Assembly (NCBI GenBank): GCA_042216675.1
Contig: JBDGTS010000025.1
Location: 1 to 21,668 of the forward strand
Direction: 5' to 3'
DNA: 21,668 bases
DNA from: Halobacteriaceae archaeon
Lineage (GTDB): Archaea; Halobacteriota; Halobacteria; Halobacteriales; Halobacteriaceae
The notes beneath the pieces were generated by a model. That model searched no databases. It worked only from the letters and a program-made list of their open reading frames with translations, and was not told the origin of the DNA. Numbering within the stretch: the first letter of the stretch is position 1; each line of letters starts with the position of its first letter. Position numbers and translations under genes: made by a program. Positions 9,403-18,963 of this stretch are shown here, one piece after another.

Positions 9403-10150
9403 CGTCCTCCACGAGTGGGGTGCGGTCGGCGGTCGTCGCCCTGTGCAGGCCGCTCCCCCGGAGCGCTTCGGCGCGGTGGCGCACCACCCCGAGCGCCCGG
9501 AGGAAGGAAAGCGAGGTGCGGATGGGCGGCACCGTCGAGTCGGGGTGGTCCGTCCACTGGACCGGCACCTCCCGCACGTCGTAGCCCAGCGCGTCCGCGA
9601 TGGCCAGCACCTCGAAGTCCCACGCGAATCCGGACTCGAAGACGTGGCCGCGGACCCCCTGCCACGCCGCGCGGGTGAGCGCCTTCGCGCCACACTGGAA
9701 GTCGTGGACGTCGACGCCGAGGGCCGCGCGGGCGAGTTTCGCGAAGCTGTCGCCGAAGCGCCGCCGGAGGAGCGACTGGTGGGCGGTCACCTCGGCGTCG
9801 GGGTGGCGTCGGGACCCCACGGCCACGTCGGCGCCGTCGTGAATCGCCGCCACCACGTCCGCGACGGACGCGGCCTCGGTGCTCCCGTCGGCGTCCGCGA
9901 ACGCGAGGACGTCGGTCTCCAGCGCCTCGAACCCGTTCGTGATGGCCGCGCCCTTGCCGCGGCGGCCGTCGGCGACGTGGACCGTCGCGCCCGACTCGCG
10001 GAGGGCCTCTGCGACGCCGGCGCCGGGCGCGTCGAGTTCGACGCGAATCGTCGCCGGGTGAACCGTCTCGCGGAGGGCGTCGAGATACGACAGCAGGGTG
10101 TCCACGTCCGGCCGGTAGGCGGGGACCACGACACCCACGTCGCCACTCAT
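9383..10150 (-). CDS. GT2 glycosyltransferase, dolichyl-phosphate hexose synthase-like (Alg5/DPG synthase-like)
   Basis: VVVPAY, GKGAAI, FADADGS (DxD), GSRR, DFQCGAK, GFAWDFE and EVPVQW motifs. Start is either ATG 10150 or GTG 10153. Confidence 0.9.
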   Translation of the reverse strand: MSGDVGVVVPAYRPDVDTLLSYLDALRETVHPATIRVELDAPGAGVAEALRESGATVHVADGRRGKGAAITNGFEALETDVLAFADADGSTEAASVADVVAAIHDGADVAVGSRRHPDAEVTAHQSLLRRRFGDSFAKLARAALGVDVHDFQCGAKALTRAAWQGVRGHVFESGFAWDFEVLAIADALGYDVREVPVQWTDHPDSTVPPIRTSLSFLRALGVVRHRAEALRGSGLHRATTADRTPLVEDDAIGDE

Positions 10151-10199
10151 CACCGGTCGTTACCCCCCCGCGTAGAAAAGCCTCGTGGAACGGCCGGAT

Positions 10200-11924
10200 T
10201 CATCGCTTCACGAAGAAGACGACGGTGCGGTCGGCCACGTCGTCCAGTGGCTGTCGCCGCCGGTCGTAGGTCGGGAGTCGATTCGCCACCGCGTCCGCGA
10301 CGCCGGGTTGCGCGATGACCACCGGCGGCGCGTCCGCCGCGGTCACGTTCTGCGGGGACGCCGTGCTCGCCACGTCGGCGTCCAGCGCCTCGGTGTACCA
10401 CGGAATCGGCATTCTGGCGTGCCACGTCCCGCTTCCGCCGATGGTCTCCTCGCTCAGATGCGCTGGCGGCGTGAGGCGCGGCCCGACGTACAACACGTCC
10501 ACGTCGTCCCCGCCCGTCGCCGTCGCGTCGGCGATGGCGTTCACCCCCTGTCGCAAGTCGCCGGGCGCCTGTGCGTAGTAGACGATTTCGTGCCCGCCGT
10601 CCGGCCCCTTTGGGCTCTCGTATGGCGCGACGAAACTCGTCTGGACCGCCGTGACCCCCGCCGAGACGACGAGCAGAGTCAGAACGCTGGCCGCGAGGCC
10701 GCTTCTGACGACGTGCCACGGTACGTCCCAGTCCGGGTGCAGGTCCGCGCCCACCTCGCCGCGCGCCCACCGGACGACGAGGCCCGCGCCGACTGCGGCC
10801 GGGACGGCGAACGGCACGACGGCGTGGACGGTGGACCACGGCACCGGGAAGTTGTTCGCCAGCGGATAGCCGACGACGGCCGCCGCGCCGCAGTAGAAGT
10901 TGAAGGCCACGAGGTCACGGGGCGCGTCGCCGCTGTACCGGTCGGCGAGGAAGCCCACCGCCGCGAGCAGGCAGACGCCGCCCGCGCCCGCGGCGAGGGT
11001 GCGGAGCGTGTCGCGGAAGTACGGGAGGTAGGGGTGGCCCTGTTTCCCTCCCTTCACCCAGTGGTCGATGGCGTCAGAGAGCGCCGTCACCGTCGCGTCC
11101 TCGACGACGGCGGGGAGCATCCCGAACCGGCCGCCGAGCGCCTTCCAGAGGCCCGGCCCGGGGACGCCGTGGGCCCGCGGCGCGTAGAAGTAGACCACGA
11201 CGACGAAGAACAGCGCCGTCGCGCCGAGCAGGTGGCGCCACCAGCGTTCGAGGCCGGCGAGGCCGCGGCGACCCAGCGACGCCAGCGCCGCCCGGGCCCC
11301 GGACCCGGTGTCGCGCGCGCGGAGCAGTCGCCGGTCCAAGAGGAGCGTCGCCGCTCCGAGCCACGTCAGAACCCAGAGGAGGACACTCTCCTTCGTCGTG
11401 AAGGCCAGTCCCAGCGTCACCGCCGCGGCGTAGAGGTAGCGCGGCCGGCGCGTGTCGAGGGTGCGCACCAGCAGTCCCAGCGTGACGAGCATGAACGCCG
11501 CCAGCGGCATGTCCTTGCGCATGAACCGCGCGTAGTAGAGCAGGAGGGGATTGAGCGTGAGGATGACCCCGAGCGCCACCACCTCCACGTCGCGCAGTCG
11601 CTCGCGGAACAGCCACGCCGAGAGGGGGAGCAGGCCCCCGACGACGGCGCCGACGAGGCGCGCGGTGAAGTCGTTCGCGCCGACGAGCATGAACACCGCC
11701 GAGTTGACGCGGGTGTAGAACGGGCCGTGCAGGATGGGGCGGTAGTGCCAGACGCCGGTGTCGACGAAGCGCAGAATCCAGTAGCCGAACCACGCCTCGT
11801 CGTAGTAGAAGACGCGGTGGCCCAACTCGACGAGGCGCATCGCGAGGGCGAGGAGGGTCAACGCGACGAGCGCCGCGGGCACCGGCCGCTCGCGAATCGG
11901 CCGCGGCACGGGGAGACCAGACAT
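10200..11924 (-). CDS. TIGR03663 / Agl23-like polytopic membrane protein, GT-C (PMT-like) glycosyltransferase fold
   Basis: N-terminal TM followed by YYDEA loop, YRPILHGP, ARFMRKD, TTKE, many TM helices and a C-terminal extracellular domain (IVYYAQ, MPIPWY). Start placed at ATG 11924 with a CTATTAAT box upstream. Confidence 0.75.
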   Translation of the reverse strand: MSGLPVPRPIRERPVPAALVALTLLALAMRLVELGHRVFYYDEAWFGYWILRFVDTGVWHYRPILHGPFYTRVNSAVFMLVGANDFTARLVGAVVGGLLPLSAWLFRERLRDVEVVALGVILTLNPLLLYYARFMRKDMPLAAFMLVTLGLLVRTLDTRRPRYLYAAAVTLGLAFTTKESVLLWVLTWLGAATLLLDRRLLRARDTGSGARAALASLGRRGLAGLERWWRHLLGATALFFVVVVYFYAPRAHGVPGPGLWKALGGRFGMLPAVVEDATVTALSDAIDHWVKGGKQGHPYLPYFRDTLRTLAAGAGGVCLLAAVGFLADRYSGDAPRDLVAFNFYCGAAAVVGYPLANNFPVPWSTVHAVVPFAVPAAVGAGLVVRWARGEVGADLHPDWDVPWHVVRSGLAASVLTLLVVSAGVTAVQTSFVAPYESPKGPDGGHEIVYYAQAPGDLRQGVNAIADATATGGDDVDVLYVGPRLTPPAHLSEETIGGSGTWHARMPIPWYTEALDADVASTASPQNVTAADAPPVVIAQPGVADAVANRLPTYDRRRQPLDDVADRTVVFFVKR

Positions 11925-12031
11925 CGGATTGGACTGACGTTTCGACAGCCGATTAATAGGCCTTGTGTAGGCGACGGCGGGCGTTTTTCTAACGGCAGGT
12001 TCTTTGCGCCGCGACGTGTCACCGGTGCTAC

Positions 12032-14194
12032 GTGGACGTCGCCCTCGTCCTCCGATGGCTGGCGGGCGCCCTCCTGCTTGGCGCCGTCGCGCTTCCGCTC
12101 TCGGCATGGCTGTTCGCCCCGACGGCCAGCCGCGGCGCCGGCTTCGCGTTCGCGCTCGCGACGGCCGTCGTCACGCTCGTCACGTTCTGGGTCGGCCACC
12201 TCTCCTTCGGCGTCGGGACGCTCGTCGTCCCGCTCGCGCTCCTCGCCGCGGGGTCCGCGATGGCACTCCGGGCGGGCGTCACGGTGCCGACCCGACGCTT
12301 CGCCGAGGCGGGCGCCGTCCTCGCCGTCGCCTTCCTGCTCGCGGTGCGGATTCGCGCCGCCGACCCGTCGCTGGAGATTTGGGCCGAGGGGGCGCTCAAC
12401 TTCGGCCTCCTGAAGTCCCTGCTCCGCGCCGGGGCGCTCCCGCCCGCCGACATGTGGTACGCCGGCCACCCGGTCCAGTACTACTACGGCGGCCACCTCG
12501 CCATCGCAGCGTGGACGCTGGCGACGGCCACGCCGCCGTCGCTCGCGCCGAATCTCGCCGTGCCGCTGTTCTACGCGATGCTCGTCGTCGGCGCCTACGA
12601 CCTCGGCGGGTCCGTCGGCGCGGCGCGCGGCCACGGCCGGCGCGTCACGGGTGCGCTGACCGCCCTCCTCGTCGGCCTCGGCGGGAACCTCTACGAGCCG
12701 ATTCGTGGGCTCGTCGGGGCGCTTCCCGCCGGACCCGCCCGGACGCTCCGCGAGACGCTCGGCCTCGCCGCCGACGGACTCGCCGGCCCCTTCGCCGCGG
12801 GCGAGGCGACGCACTTCGCGACGTTCCCGACGGACGTGCCCCTCTACTCAGTCCGCATCGGGAGTTTCCACGCGCACGTCCTGAGCCAACCGTACACGCT
12901 CCTCGCGGCGGGCCTCCTGTTCGCGGCGGTGCAGGCCGAGGGGCGCCGCGCCCGCGCCGTCCGCCTCGCCGCCGTCGCGCCCGTCGCGGGGCTGGTGGCG
13001 CTGACGAACGCGTGGAGTCTCCCCGCCGTCGCGGGCGTCGCCGCCCTTGCCGTCGCGTTCGCGCCCGCCCATCCCGCGTCGCTCGTCGGCCGCCCCGTCC
13101 CCGACGGACCGGTCCGCCGCGAACTCTCGCGCTACGTCGGCGGCGGCGTCGCCGGGGCCGCAGTCGCCGCCGCCGGGGTCGCCTTCGCCGCGCCGTTCGT
13201 CCTCGGCACCGACGTGACCCGCCCGCTCCGGGGCGTCCACCCGGCGTGGCGCACTCCCGCCGCGACGTACGTCGTCCAGTACGGGGCCATCCTGCTCGCG
13301 TTCGCGCTTGCGCTGGTGCCGCGCCTCGGACACCGGGCACGGGGCGCACTTCTCGGCGCCGTCGCCGCGTTCGCCCTCGTCCCGTTCGCACCCGGCGTCG
13401 CGGCGCTGGCGTTCGTCGCGCCCGTTCTCGCCGTCGCGTGGTGGCTCACCCGCCGCGACCCCGACGTGGGCTATCTCGGGGTCCTCGTCCTCGCGGGCGC
13501 GGGCCTCCTCCTGCTGGTCGAACTGGTGTATCTGCGCGGTGGGGCCGCGTTCGGCCGGTACAACACCGTTTACAAGGTCAGCAGTCAGGTGTGGCTGTTC
13601 TGGTCCGCCGCGGCGGGCGTGGCGCTCAGCGGCGTCCTCGTCCGGGGCGTCCGCCGCGCGCCGTCGCTCGCGACTGGCCGGGCCGTCGTCGCGGCCGCCC
13701 TCGTCTGCACGACGCTGGTGTACGGCGGCCTCGTCGTCACCGAGACGACCGTCGACGGGCCCGAGAAGTCCCTCGACGCCACCGCCTACCTCGACACGTG
13801 GCACCCCGACTACGCGGGGGCCATCGACTACCTCGACGCCCGGCCCGGACAGCCACACGTCGTGGAGGCCGCGGTGCCCGAGTCGGTGATGTTCACGTTC
13901 CGCGCGGCGCCGGTGTCGAGTTTCACCGGCCTGCCGACAATAGCGGGGTGGACCCACGCCGCCGACTACCACTCGGAGGCGGGGTTCGCCCGACGCGCCG
14001 ACGAGGTCCGGCGCATCTACGAGGGGGGCCCGGCCACCCGGCACGCACTGCTCGACCGGTACGACGTGCGCTTCGTCGTCCTCGGCCCCCACGAGCGCAG
14101 TCGCTACGACGTGGCCGACTTCGGCGCGGACCCGCGGCTGACCCGCGTGGGGTCGTGGGGCGACGTGACGGTGTACGCCGTCGCCGCCGGGTAG
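12032..14194 (+). CDS. DUF2298 / Chlor_Arch_YYY (TIGR03662-like) membrane protein, putative GT-C glycosyltransferase
   Basis: LPPADMWYAGHPVQYYYGGH (YYY motif), FHAH, NAW, RYNTVYK, SSFTGLPTIAGWTH and YDVRFVVLGPHER, with many TM helices. GTG start. Confidence 0.85.
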   Translation: MDVALVLRWLAGALLLGAVALPLSAWLFAPTASRGAGFAFALATAVVTLVTFWVGHLSFGVGTLVVPLALLAAGSAMALRAGVTVPTRRFAEAGAVLAVAFLLAVRIRAADPSLEIWAEGALNFGLLKSLLRAGALPPADMWYAGHPVQYYYGGHLAIAAWTLATATPPSLAPNLAVPLFYAMLVVGAYDLGGSVGAARGHGRRVTGALTALLVGLGGNLYEPIRGLVGALPAGPARTLRETLGLAADGLAGPFAAGEATHFATFPTDVPLYSVRIGSFHAHVLSQPYTLLAAGLLFAAVQAEGRRARAVRLAAVAPVAGLVALTNAWSLPAVAGVAALAVAFAPAHPASLVGRPVPDGPVRRELSRYVGGGVAGAAVAAAGVAFAAPFVLGTDVTRPLRGVHPAWRTPAATYVVQYGAILLAFALALVPRLGHRARGALLGAVAAFALVPFAPGVAALAFVAPVLAVAWWLTRRDPDVGYLGVLVLAGAGLLLLVELVYLRGGAAFGRYNTVYKVSSQVWLFWSAAAGVALSGVLVRGVRRAPSLATGRAVVAAALVCTTLVYGGLVVTETTVDGPEKSLDATAYLDTWHPDYAGAIDYLDARPGQPHVVEAAVPESVMFTFRAAPVSSFTGLPTIAGWTHAADYHSEAGFARRADEVRRIYEGGPATRHALLDRYDVRFVVLGPHERSRYDVADFGADPRLTRVGSWGDVTVYAVAAG

Positions 14195-14230
14195 AAACTC
14201 CTTTGACGCGGTAGCCCCACCGTCTCCCCG

Positions 14231-16561
14231 ATGGAGGTCGCAGAGGTCGTCCCCGAGTTCGCCGACGCCTTCGCGTTCGACGAGTTCAACGAGATGCAAC
14301 GCGAGGTCCTGCCGGCGCTTCTGGACGGCACCGAGAACGTCGTCGCGAGTGCGCCCACCGCCAGTGGCAAGACGGCGCTGGCGGAACTCGCCATCTGCCG
14401 GACGCTGCAGGACGGCGGCACCGCCCTGTTCGTCGCGCCCCTGCGTGCGCTCACCAACGAGAAGGAGAGCGAGTGGGAGCGCTTCGAGTCGCTTGGCTAC
14501 TCGGTGTACGTCGTCACCGGCGAACGCGACCTGTCGCCGTCGCGCGCCGAACGCGCCGACGTGCTGGTGATGACGCCCGAGAAGGTGGACTCGGCGACCC
14601 GGAAACACGACTCGCCGCGGTACGCGTTCATCGACGACGTGGACACCGTCGTCGTGGACGAGGTGCATCTCCTCGACTCGGAGAAGCGCGGCGCGGTGCT
14701 GGAGGCGACTATTTCCCGCCTCCGGCGGCTCTGTGACCCGCGCATCGTCGCGCTCTCCGCGACGATGCCGAACGTGGACGACGTTGCGGCGTGGCTCGAC
14801 GCCCCCGAGGCGACGACGTTCTCCTTCGACGACGAGTACCGGCCCGTGGACCTGCACGCCGACGTGCGAACCTACAGCCACGGCGAGAACGACTTCGCCG
14901 ACAAGTACCGGCGGCTCTACACCGCCCTCGACATCGCCGAACCCCACCTCCGCGAGGACGGGCAGGCCCTCGTCTTCGTCGCGTCGCGGCAGGACGCCGT
15001 GCGCGCCGCCGAGAAGGCCCGCGACGAACTCGTCCAGCGAGACGTGCCGATGGGCGCCCGCGGCGACTACGACTTCCACACCGAGACGGACGCCCTCGAA
15101 AACCAGACGCTCCGGCAGTCCGTTCTCGACGGCGTCGGCTTCCACCACGCCGGCCTCTCGCGCGACGACAAGAACCGCGTCGAGGAGTGGTTCAAGCAGG
15201 GCACAGTGGAGTTGCTGTTCGCCACGACGACGCTCGCGTGGGGCGTGAACCTCCCCGCCCGATGCGTGGTCCTCCGGGACACGAAGTTCCACGACCCGCT
15301 CGAGGGCGAGGTGGACATGAACCCTCTCGACGTCCTGCAGATGCTCGGGCGCGCGGGCCGCCCCGGTTACGACGACGTGGGCTACGGCTGGGTCGTCTGC
15401 TCGCCCGACGACGCCGACAAGTACCGCCGCCTGCTCCGCGAGGGGACCGACATCGAGTCCCACCTCGCCGACGACCTCGAAGAGCATCTCAACGCCGAAA
15501 TCGCGGTCGGCACCATCGACGACGTGGCCGACGTCCACGAGTGGCTGGACACCACGTTCTACGCCGTCCGCGCGGAAGCGGCGCCCGCCCGCTACGACTT
15601 CGCGGGGCGCCGAGAGCGCGTGGAGACGGTCCTCGACGACCTCGTGGACCGCGGCTTCGTCGCGCGCGACGGCGACGCCCTCGAACCGACGCGGTTGGGA
15701 CGCCTCGTCTCGCAGTACTACCTCCGCCTCGACACGGCCGAGCGGTTCCGGTCGCTCGCGGACGGCGACCCGGACGACGACGAAATCTTGCGCGCCGTCG
15801 CGCGCGCCGCCGAGTTCGACAGCGTCACCGCCCGGTCGAGCGAGCGGGGGGCCATCGACGACGCCGTGGACGCCCACGGCCTCCCCGACGGCACGCGGAA
15901 GGTCCTCGCCGTCCTGCGGACCGGGATGGACGGGACGACGCCCTCCGAACTCGGGAGCGACGCGTGGGCCATCCGGCGCAACGCGACGCGTCTGCTCTCG
16001 GCCTTCTCGGCGCTCCTCGACGCCTTCGACGCGCCGCGGGCCGCCAACCGAACCCGGCGACTCGAAGCGCGCATCGAACACGGCGTCGACGCCGCGGCGG
16101 TGGGGCTCACCGCCGTCGAGGGCGTTGGGTCGGGACGCGCCTCGAAACTCGCGTCCGAGGGGCTGACGACGCCTGCCGACGTGCGGGCGGCGGGGACCGC
16201 GGGCCTCGTCGACGCTGGCCTCACGGAGGGCGCGGCCGAACGCGTGGTCGAGGCGGCGACCGATTTGCCCGACGTGTCCGTCGAGTGGGGCGACTTCCCC
16301 GACGCCGTCGGCGCCGGCGAGAGCGACTTTCGGGAGGTAACCGTCGTCAACGACGGTGGCGGCGTCAACGCGGCGGTGCGCGTGACGGTCAACGGCGTCG
16401 AGATGACGACGACGGAGACGTACCTCGCCGACCGGGTCACCGTGCCCGTCGGCGTGTTCGGCGCCGACGCGGACAGCCTCGACATCTGCGTCGAAGTCGT
16501 CTTCCCCGAGATTCCGGTCTGTCCCGCGAGCGAGGAGCGGACCGTCGACGTGCGCGGATAA
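14231..16561 (+). CDS. Ski2-like SF2 DEAD/DEAH helicase with Sec63/Brl-like, HhH and C-terminal beta-rich domains (Brr2/Mer3-like)
   Basis: Q motif FNEMQ, Walker A APTASGKT, MTPEK, DEVH, SAT, FHHAGL, TTTLAWGVNLPAR, QMLGRAGRPG, winged helix (LNAEIA...PTRLG) and HhH (VEGVGSGRASKL). Confidence 0.9.
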   Translation: MEVAEVVPEFADAFAFDEFNEMQREVLPALLDGTENVVASAPTASGKTALAELAICRTLQDGGTALFVAPLRALTNEKESEWERFESLGYSVYVVTGERDLSPSRAERADVLVMTPEKVDSATRKHDSPRYAFIDDVDTVVVDEVHLLDSEKRGAVLEATISRLRRLCDPRIVALSATMPNVDDVAAWLDAPEATTFSFDDEYRPVDLHADVRTYSHGENDFADKYRRLYTALDIAEPHLREDGQALVFVASRQDAVRAAEKARDELVQRDVPMGARGDYDFHTETDALENQTLRQSVLDGVGFHHAGLSRDDKNRVEEWFKQGTVELLFATTTLAWGVNLPARCVVLRDTKFHDPLEGEVDMNPLDVLQMLGRAGRPGYDDVGYGWVVCSPDDADKYRRLLREGTDIESHLADDLEEHLNAEIAVGTIDDVADVHEWLDTTFYAVRAEAAPARYDFAGRRERVETVLDDLVDRGFVARDGDALEPTRLGRLVSQYYLRLDTAERFRSLADGDPDDDEILRAVARAAEFDSVTARSSERGAIDDAVDAHGLPDGTRKVLAVLRTGMDGTTPSELGSDAWAIRRNATRLLSAFSALLDAFDAPRAANRTRRLEARIEHGVDAAAVGLTAVEGVGSGRASKLASEGLTTPADVRAAGTAGLVDAGLTEGAAERVVEAATDLPDVSVEWGDFPDAVGAGESDFREVTVVNDGGGVNAAVRVTVNGVEMTTTETYLADRVTVPVGVFGADADSLDICVEVVFPEIPVCPASEERTVDVRG

Positions 16562-16593
16562 GCCCTAAGTTCTCCCCCCACCGAGCGGGGGCC

Positions 16594-17505
16594 GTGACGC
16601 TTCAGTTGCCGAGCGAAATCGTCGCCGAGCGCTTCGTCCCCGCCGTGCGGTCGATGCTCGCCGTCGCCCTCGCGGACCGCGGGTTCGCACAGCGCGCGGT
16701 GGCCGACCGCCTCGGCGTCTCACAGGCCGCGGTGAGCAAGTATCTCTCCGAGGGCCCGGCGGGCGACCCGCGTCTCCGCGAGGACGAACGGATGCAGGAC
16801 ACGGTCGAGCGCATCGCCGACGGGTTCGCCGACGGCACGATGGACGAGTACGAGGCGCTGGCGGAACTGCTGGCCCTCGTCCGCGAGTTCGAGGACCGCG
16901 GCCCCATCTGCGCGATTCACGAGGAGGAGATGCCCGCGCTCGCGGGACTCGGCTGTGACCTCTGCGTTCGCGGGCGGGACCGCGCCGTCGAAACCGAGCG
17001 GGACGTGCTGTCGAACGTGCGCCGCGCCGTCCGGCGCTTCGCCGACGCCGACGCCGCGCCCGCCCACGTCCCGAACGTCGGCACGAACGTCGCGATGGCG
17101 CTTCCGGACGCGAGCGACCCGACGGACGTGGCCGCCGTCCCGGGGCGCCTCCACGCGATGCGGGGGCGCGTCGACGTTCCCGCGAACCCCGAATTCGGCG
17201 GCTCACAGCACGTCGCGGGGATGCTGCTGGCGGCGATGGAGGCCGACCCGGCCGTGCGGGGCGCCATCAACCTCGCCACCTCGGAGGAACTGCTCGATGC
17301 GGCGCGTGCGGCCGGCATCGACCCCCTCGAATTCGACGCGGGCTACGAGAACAGGGGGGAGCGACTGCGCGAGCGATTCGCCGAGCGCGGGGCGGTGCCC
17401 CGGGTCGTCTACCACGGGGGCGCCTTCGGTATCGAACCCATCACCTACGTCCTCGGGGAGAGCGCGGAGGAGGCCGTGGCGACGACGCTGGACCTCATCG
17501 ACTAG
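16594..17505 (+). CDS. thiR: HTH-ThiN fusion, thiamine-responsive transcriptional regulator ThiR
   Basis: C-terminal 303 aa of ORF 14791..17505: LPSEIV...[19 protein letters not shown] (HTH), then ThiN-like [34 protein letters not shown] and [13 protein letters not shown]. Adjacent to thiC. GTG start is inferred. Confidence 0.85.
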   Translation: MTLQLPSEIVAERFVPAVRSMLAVALADRGFAQRAVADRLGVSQAAVSKYLSEGPAGDPRLREDERMQDTVERIADGFADGTMDEYEALAELLALVREFEDRGPICAIHEEEMPALAGLGCDLCVRGRDRAVETERDVLSNVRRAVRRFADADAAPAHVPNVGTNVAMALPDASDPTDVAAVPGRLHAMRGRVDVPANPEFGGSQHVAGMLLAAMEADPAVRGAINLATSEELLDAARAAGIDPLEFDAGYENRGERLRERFAERGAVPRVVYHGGAFGIEPITYVLGESAEEAVATTLDLID

Positions 17506-18938
17506 TCGTCGGCCGGCGTGAACGTCACGCCGCCGATCTCCACCTCGTCGGGCACGCCGCTGGTGTCGTGGTCGCCCACTGGCGGGCGGTTCACGGCCGC
17601 GGCGTCGGAGGCGGCGAGGTCCGTCTCGTCCGCGATGGCGTCCATCTCGCCGTCGGCGTCGCGGGCGTCCTGGTCGATGCGCATCGAGCAGAACTCCACG
17701 CCGCACATCGAGCAGAAGCGGGCCTCCTTGTAGTTGTCACCCGGGAGCGTCTGGTCGTGGTACTCGCGGGCGCGTTCCGGGTCGAGGGCCAACTCGAACT
17801 GGCGGCGCCAGTCGAAGTCGTAGCGGGCCTCCGAGAGGGCGTCGTCCCAGTCGCGGGCGCCCGGCCGCCCGTTCGCCACGTCGGCGGCGTGGGCGGCGAT
17901 GCGGTAGGCCGCGAGGCCGTCGCGCACGTCCTCCGCGTCGGGGAGGCCCAGATGCTCCTTGGGCGTGACGTAGCAGAGCATCGCCGCGCCGGCCCGGGCC
18001 GCCTCCGTCGCGCCGATGGCGCTGGTGATGTGGTCGTAGCCGGGCGCCACGTCGGTGACGAGTGGCCCGAGGACGTAGAAGGGCGCGCCGTCGCACTCCT
18101 CCTGTTGGCGTTCGACGTTGTCGGCCACCTCGTCCATCGGGACGTGACCCGGCCCCTCGACCATCACCTGCACGCCGTGGTCCCACGCGGTGCGCGTCAA
18201 CTCGCCGAGCGTCTCCAGTTCGGCGAACTGGGCCTCGTCGCTGGCGTCGGCGAGACACCCCGGCCGGAGGCCGTCGCCGAGGCTGAAGGTCACGTCGTGT
18301 TCCGCGAAAATCTCACAGATGTCTTCGAACGCCGCGTACAGGGGGTTCTGCATGCCGTTCTCCTCCATCCACTGCGCGAGGATGGACCCGCCGCGCGAGA
18401 CGATGCCCGTCTTGCGCCCGTCGGTGAGGGGGAGATGTTCCATCAGGACGCCCGCGTGGATGGTCATGTAGTCGACGCCCTGTTCGGCCTGCTTCTCGAT
18501 GACGTCGAGGAGGAGTTCGTGGGTGATGTCTTCGGCGCTCTCGGCGCGCTTGACGGCCTCGTAGATTGGGACCGTGCCGACGGGGACCGGGGAGTGGGCG
18601 ACGTTGGCCTCGCGGATGCGGTCGAGGTCGCTGCCCGTCGAGAGGTCCATCACCGTGTCCGCGCCGTAGTGGACGGCGCTGTGGAGTTTCTCCAGTTCGC
18701 CCTCCACGTCGCTCGTCTCCTCGCTGTTGCCGATGTTGGCGTTGACCTTCGTCGAGAACTCCCGCCCGATTATCATCGGGTCGAGGCTATCGTGGGCGTG
18801 GTTCGCCGGGATGACCGCCTGTCCCTCGGCGACCTGTTCGCGCACGAACTCGGGGTCGCGGTTCTCCCGTTCGGCGACCCGTTCCATCGCCGGGGTCACC
18901 TCGCCGGCCCGCGCTCGCTGCATCTGTGTCCGGGGCAT
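17502..18938 (-). CDS. thiC: Phosphomethylpyrimidine synthase (HMP-P synthase, radical SAM)
   Basis: [68 protein letters not shown] and the C-terminal cluster motif CSMCGVEFC. Confidence 0.97.
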   Translation of the reverse strand: MPRTQMQRARAGEVTPAMERVAERENRDPEFVREQVAEGQAVIPANHAHDSLDPMIIGREFSTKVNANIGNSEETSDVEGELEKLHSAVHYGADTVMDLSTGSDLDRIREANVAHSPVPVGTVPIYEAVKRAESAEDITHELLLDVIEKQAEQGVDYMTIHAGVLMEHLPLTDGRKTGIVSRGGSILAQWMEENGMQNPLYAAFEDICEIFAEHDVTFSLGDGLRPGCLADASDEAQFAELETLGELTRTAWDHGVQVMVEGPGHVPMDEVADNVERQQEECDGAPFYVLGPLVTDVAPGYDHITSAIGATEAARAGAAMLCYVTPKEHLGLPDAEDVRDGLAAYRIAAHAADVANGRPGARDWDDALSEARYDFDWRRQFELALDPERAREYHDQTLPGDNYKEARFCSMCGVEFCSMRIDQDARDADGEMDAIADETDLAASDAAAVNRPPVGDHDTSGVPDEVEIGGVTFTPADD

Positions 18939-18940
18939 GG

Positions 18941-18953
18941 ATAACTAGGTTGT
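18941..18953. promoter_or_regulatory. Candidate ThiR operator: imperfect palindrome ATAAC-TAG-GTTGT between the thiC TATA box and start codon
   Basis: AT-rich inverted repeat (4 of 5 arm positions match) lying 2 nt from the thiC ATG in an otherwise very GC-rich sequence. thiR is the neighbouring gene. Confidence 0.6.
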
Positions 18954-18963
18954 ATTAGTCGAT

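Noticed and set aside
12848-16081. 1077-aa minus-strand ORF
   Set aside because: Antisense shadow of the DUF2298 and helicase genes, with no recognisable domain.
14791-16593. Apparent 600-aa N-terminal extension making ThiR a 904-aa protein, or a helicase-ThiR frameshift fusion
   Set aside because: Out-of-frame, Arg-rich read-through of the helicase gene. The helicase has its own stop at 16561, and ThiR homology starts at GTG 16594.
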